Shown: positions 62,905 to 64,000 of the stretch, one piece after another
Position numbering within the stretch: position 1 is the first letter of the stretch
How the letters are laid out: each line of letters begins with the position of its first letter
Translations under genes and position numbers: made by a program
The notes under the pieces: generated by a model
The model's database searches: none
What the model was told of the DNA's origin: nothing
The model's input: the letters and a program-made list of their open reading frames with translations, nothing else
DNA from: Candidatus Uhrbacteria bacterium
Lineage (GTDB): Bacteria > Patescibacteriota > Patescibacteriia > JACQRZ01
Length of the DNA: 64,000 nucleotides
Reading direction: 5' to 3'
Assembly (NCBI GenBank): GCA_016206175.1
Contig: JACQSB010000028.1
Span: forward strand, 2,313 to 66,312

Positions 62905-62936
62905 ATTTTATTATACGAAGTTTGTTGCAATGGCTA

Positions 62937-64000
62937 TCAGAATTGAATGGCGCGTTCAAAAATTTCTCTTTTTTGACGTTTTTTTGATATTGTAATGGTT
63001 TCGATTTGCATCAATTGCTCTTTGCAAAATGCTGCAAAACGATCCTTTTCATCAGTGGTCGTTGTTGGTAGCGCAAACCATTCTTTGATGCGATTCTCAA
63101 AATATTTTTCCCCAACAGCTACATCGGCGCCAGGTATAGCAAATCGCTGCAGGATAGCGCCGCGAATGACACTGGGTTGCGCGGTAAGATCAAGTAGTTT
63201 TTGAGTCTGATCCGCTTCTGTTATTTCTTGTTCTCCATTTGTGTCCCGTTGCGTCAAATCTGTTTGATCCGAATGGCTTCTTGCCGGTGTTGCCGCGCGC
63301 GCGCGTCGTTCTGCGCGTACGTTTTTCAAATACGCGCTTACCTCCCGTAAGAACGGCAAGAATGCGGACTCTTTTTGTGTGTGGAGCTCATCCATTCCTT
63401 CTCTTGCAATCAATGCGTTTACGGCAGCAAACGTTGTGCGCAGCGCATCATCGCTCCACTCCGGAACGCCCGAAAGCCATTGGTTTACATGAAGCTGCGC
63501 CGCCTCCGGAGATGCCGGTGTTTCCGTGGCTTGAATGCCAAGGTCTTTAAGCAGTTTGCCAAATTCCGCATGGATTATTTTTTCATGCGTTCCGGTATCT
63601 TTCGGTTTCGTCAATGCATCAATGCGATCAGTAATACGTTGCGACACGTTTGTATAGAGCTCGGCAATATGCTGATTATCTGTTTTTCTCGCAGCGAGTT
63701 GATTGACAACCTCAAGCGCATGCTGAAATTCTGATACCGGACGATTTGGCTCCTTGAGCCACAATGTGATTGCTTCATCAAATTGCTCCTGTGGAATATG
63801 CTGAACTTCTTTGGCGCTAAATCCAAGGTGGAAGAGAAGTGCGCCACGAGCAACGGGCATTTCTTTCCTCCGAGCTAATTCTTGATTGATAATATCTTGT
63901 GCATCGCGCGCAATCGGAGCAAGACGATCTTTGATATCCCCAAAGGCATCTGATGCCCACAATACTTCTGTTGCTTTTAACTTTTTGAGAAGCGCGGCAA
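62937..64000 (-). CDS. Large hypothetical protein, 5'-truncated by the window edge
   Basis: The track start at 63962 is a TTG, and the frame stays open to nt 64000 (..AALLKKLKATEVLWASD..). The protein is helical and no family was recognised. Confidence 0.7.
   Translation of the reverse strand, partial: AALLKKLKATEVLWASDAFGDIKDRLAPIARDAQDIINQELARRKEMPVARGALLFHLGFSAKEVQHIPQEQFDEAITLWLKEPNRPVSEFQHALEVVNQLAARKTDNQHIAELYTNVSQRITDRIDALTKPKDTGTHEKIIHAEFGKLLKDLGIQATETPASPEAAQLHVNQWLSGVPEWSDDALRTTFAAVNALIAREGMDELHTQKESAFLPFLREVSAYLKNVRAERRARAATPARSHSDQTDLTQRDTNGEQEITEADQTQKLLDLTAQPSVIRGAILQRFAIPGADVAVGEKYFENRIKEWFALPTTTTDEKDRFAAFCKEQLMQIETITISKKRQKREIFERAIQF

Noticed and set aside
1-64000. CRISPR arrays, transposases, integrases, rRNA genes and prophage structural genes.
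   Set aside because: No regularly spaced direct repeats were seen and no recognisable transposase, integrase, cas or capsid motifs. The only tandem DNA repeats are the 2 x 19 bp at 45379-45416 and the in-frame 294-nt repeats at 49354-49941.
1-64000. Alternative genetic code (UGA recoding, as in some candidate phyla).
   Set aside because: Conserved genes (thpR, rsmE, the MBL hydrolase and others) end at TGA at the expected C-termini, and many ATGA stop/start overlaps use TGA as a stop. Code 11 fits.

Overview
This 64 kb window is densely coding, with about 70 CDS and many 4-nt ATGA stop/start overlaps. It uses the standard genetic code: TGA acts as a stop at conserved gene ends. Patchy metabolism, many large orphan proteins, a type IV pilus ATPase locus and Shine-Dalgarno-poor housekeeping genes suggest a small-genome CPR/Patescibacteria-like bacterium; this is inference only. 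Confidently recognised genes are purA, argF, metK (behind a clear SAM-I riboswitch), an archease-thpR-rtcB RNA-repair operon, serS, tgt, queA, rsmE, rdgB, maf, pilT, a pilB/gspE ATPase with a CheY-like receiver, ccdA, two VKOR homologues, mscS, a Fur-family regulator, a LOG-family protein, an HtrA-like protease, a MutY-like glycosylase and a long ThyX-like protein. No rRNA gene, canonical tRNA, CRISPR array, transposase or integrase was seen. The parts most worth follow-up are listed here. (1) A minus-strand mini-ORF with 7 Met in 18 codons sits just before a strong terminator and has a possible antiterminator pairing. (2) Several slightly GC-richer orphan genes have strong Shine-Dalgarno sites, unlike the housekeeping genes, including a four-gene overlapping operon of tiny membrane proteins. 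(3) Two tRNA-like structured elements lie next to such islets. (4) An 804-aa orphan has a C-terminal segment resembling the RelA/SpoT nucleotidyltransferase fold. (5) A kinase-like orphan follows rtcB. (6) A pilus-associated locus encodes a 1368-aa secreted repeat protein (Kazal-like and TSP3-like motifs, 98-aa tandem repeats) followed after 5 nt by a Cas4-like four-Cys nuclease. All functional calls rest on motif recognition by eye; no database search was run.
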